Of a stretch of DNA of 64,000 nucleotides, positions 62,823-64,000 are shown piece after piece. The position numbers were made by a program, and so were the translations under genes. Source of the DNA: Toensbergia leucococca (taxonomy: Eukaryota); NCBI GenBank assembly GCA_022813965.1, contig JALDZS010000054.1, positions 1-64,000 on the forward strand, in the 5' to 3' direction. The notes under the pieces are model-generated. The model searched no databases. It was not told where the DNA came from and saw only the letters and a program-made list of their open reading frames with translations. Positions within the stretch are counted from its first letter, which is position 1, and each line of letters begins with the position of its first letter.

Positions 62823-64000
62823 TTGGGTCAACGTCATCAGCTCTTCGTCATAGCGAGGATAAACGGTCGCTACCGAAGTCTTTGTGCCATCCACCATCAG
62901 TGGCTGTACGGAGGCACTGCCTTACGACGATGTCTTGGAATTCTTGAAATCCTTCAGCATCTCAACAGCCGCCTGCCTATCCAGCAAAAATTGATTGCAG
63001 CTCAGCAATTCGATGAAAGGTTTTGGGAAGATCACCACCACCCCGTTGGTGATATTCCTTTCCCGTTCATTACCATTTGCCTGGTGCTTGGAGCGTCTTT
63101 TAGACCCGAGGATGGATGTTGTCACTCAGTTTCGGTTGAAAAGTTTGCAATGAAATATGATGAGGGCGATAACAACAACGGTGAGTTATCCAAGTTTCAT
63201 TTTCGAATGAGAGAATCTAGCCCTTTGCCCCATAAAATACATTGGCTTTTTAATTCCTTCGACAAGTCTTTGCATGTTGACTCATTGCCGCAGGAATCAC
63301 TGTGCTTGATATCACCGACCCAAGTCATGTTGGGTACTGCTTCGTTGACATTTTCGGCATGGAAAGCGAACGTGAAGTTCAGCTGATGACCCCATTGTCC
63401 GCACGCACATATGTCGAAGCATACGACGACACGAGGAATGTTTCCCGAGTAGTTGAAAGTCTAAAAGAATGGGATCTAATCCAAGTGGCCGTACTTCAGG
63501 ACGCATGGCCATCGGGAAAATGGGAGGAACCAGCAATTGACGAAAGAGCAAAGAACAATGCTAGCCCCGTTACTGGAATCGCTCCGAAAGAAAATATGAT
63601 GAGTCTGAGAGAACGAGCCATGGATTGTTTGATTCAGACTCTGTTGGATGAATCGGAGGGCGATCCACAGATCATATCTGATGCCGAGTTACTTACGGAC
63701 TTCCCTTCAAAGCTCAAACACAAGCTCTACGAGAAAGCGAGTGTCTTGAAATCGTTCTCGCTGCTTGTTCATTTGCTGTGCAGAGTCTTGAAAGATGATA
63801 CGGAGGTTGATCTAAGTCCATTCAAGACACTGGCTGCAGATGACCTTTCTGGTGTCGTCTCAAAGCTTCAAGAGCATGGCCACATGAGTACTTTGAATCT
63901 TTCAAATAGGCCTGATCTCACCGAGACTGATCTTGGTTTGATACTGAAGGACGTTTCTACCATCAAATCACTGCTCCTCTTGGAATGCATCCAGATCTCT
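62823..64000 (+). CDS. Partial uncharacterised protein of the MGQRHQ...HHQWLYG...DNNxG type with LRR-like C-part; begins TTG
   Basis: TTG GGT CAA CGT CAT CAG; intron 63181-63293 gives DNNNG|ITVLDIT. The frame stays open to the window end, with LDL/LNLS-like strands. Confidence 0.7.

Overview
Eukaryotic, fungal (Pezizomycotina ascomycete) genomic DNA. Short GT-AG introns with CTRAY branch sites are common. The gene families suggest a lichen-forming Lecanoromycete, but that is inference only. The left ~10.5 kb is accessory: a partial orphan gene, a small palindromic element, a CpG-depleted RIP-like relic, and an RT-less retroelement-like remnant (coiled-coil, C2H2 fingers, dead retropepsin, two copies of an LTR-like end). 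It also holds an apparently intact patatin-NB-ARC-TPR fungal NLR with five near-identical 126-bp repeats. The rest mixes housekeeping and accessory genes. Housekeeping: bZIP TF, tRNA-Asp, GTR2, WRAP73-like WD40, MAPR/cytochrome-b5, RPS25, histidine phosphatase, PPR protein, GCD1, Pex22-like, SPT20. Accessory: secreted SnoaL-like, DUF1989, CBM48-like, membrane protein, small secreted Cys protein, RTA1, GH35, a Zn2Cys6 TF with a GC-AG intron, and an MGQRHQ-type gene that starts with TTG. There are two clear pseudogenes (F-box, SDR). The most striking unexplained pattern is a series of sharp C-rich to G-rich strand-skew switches, many spaced roughly 6-7.5 kb apart, independent of gene orientation. 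Exon models were read by eye and no database search was run.
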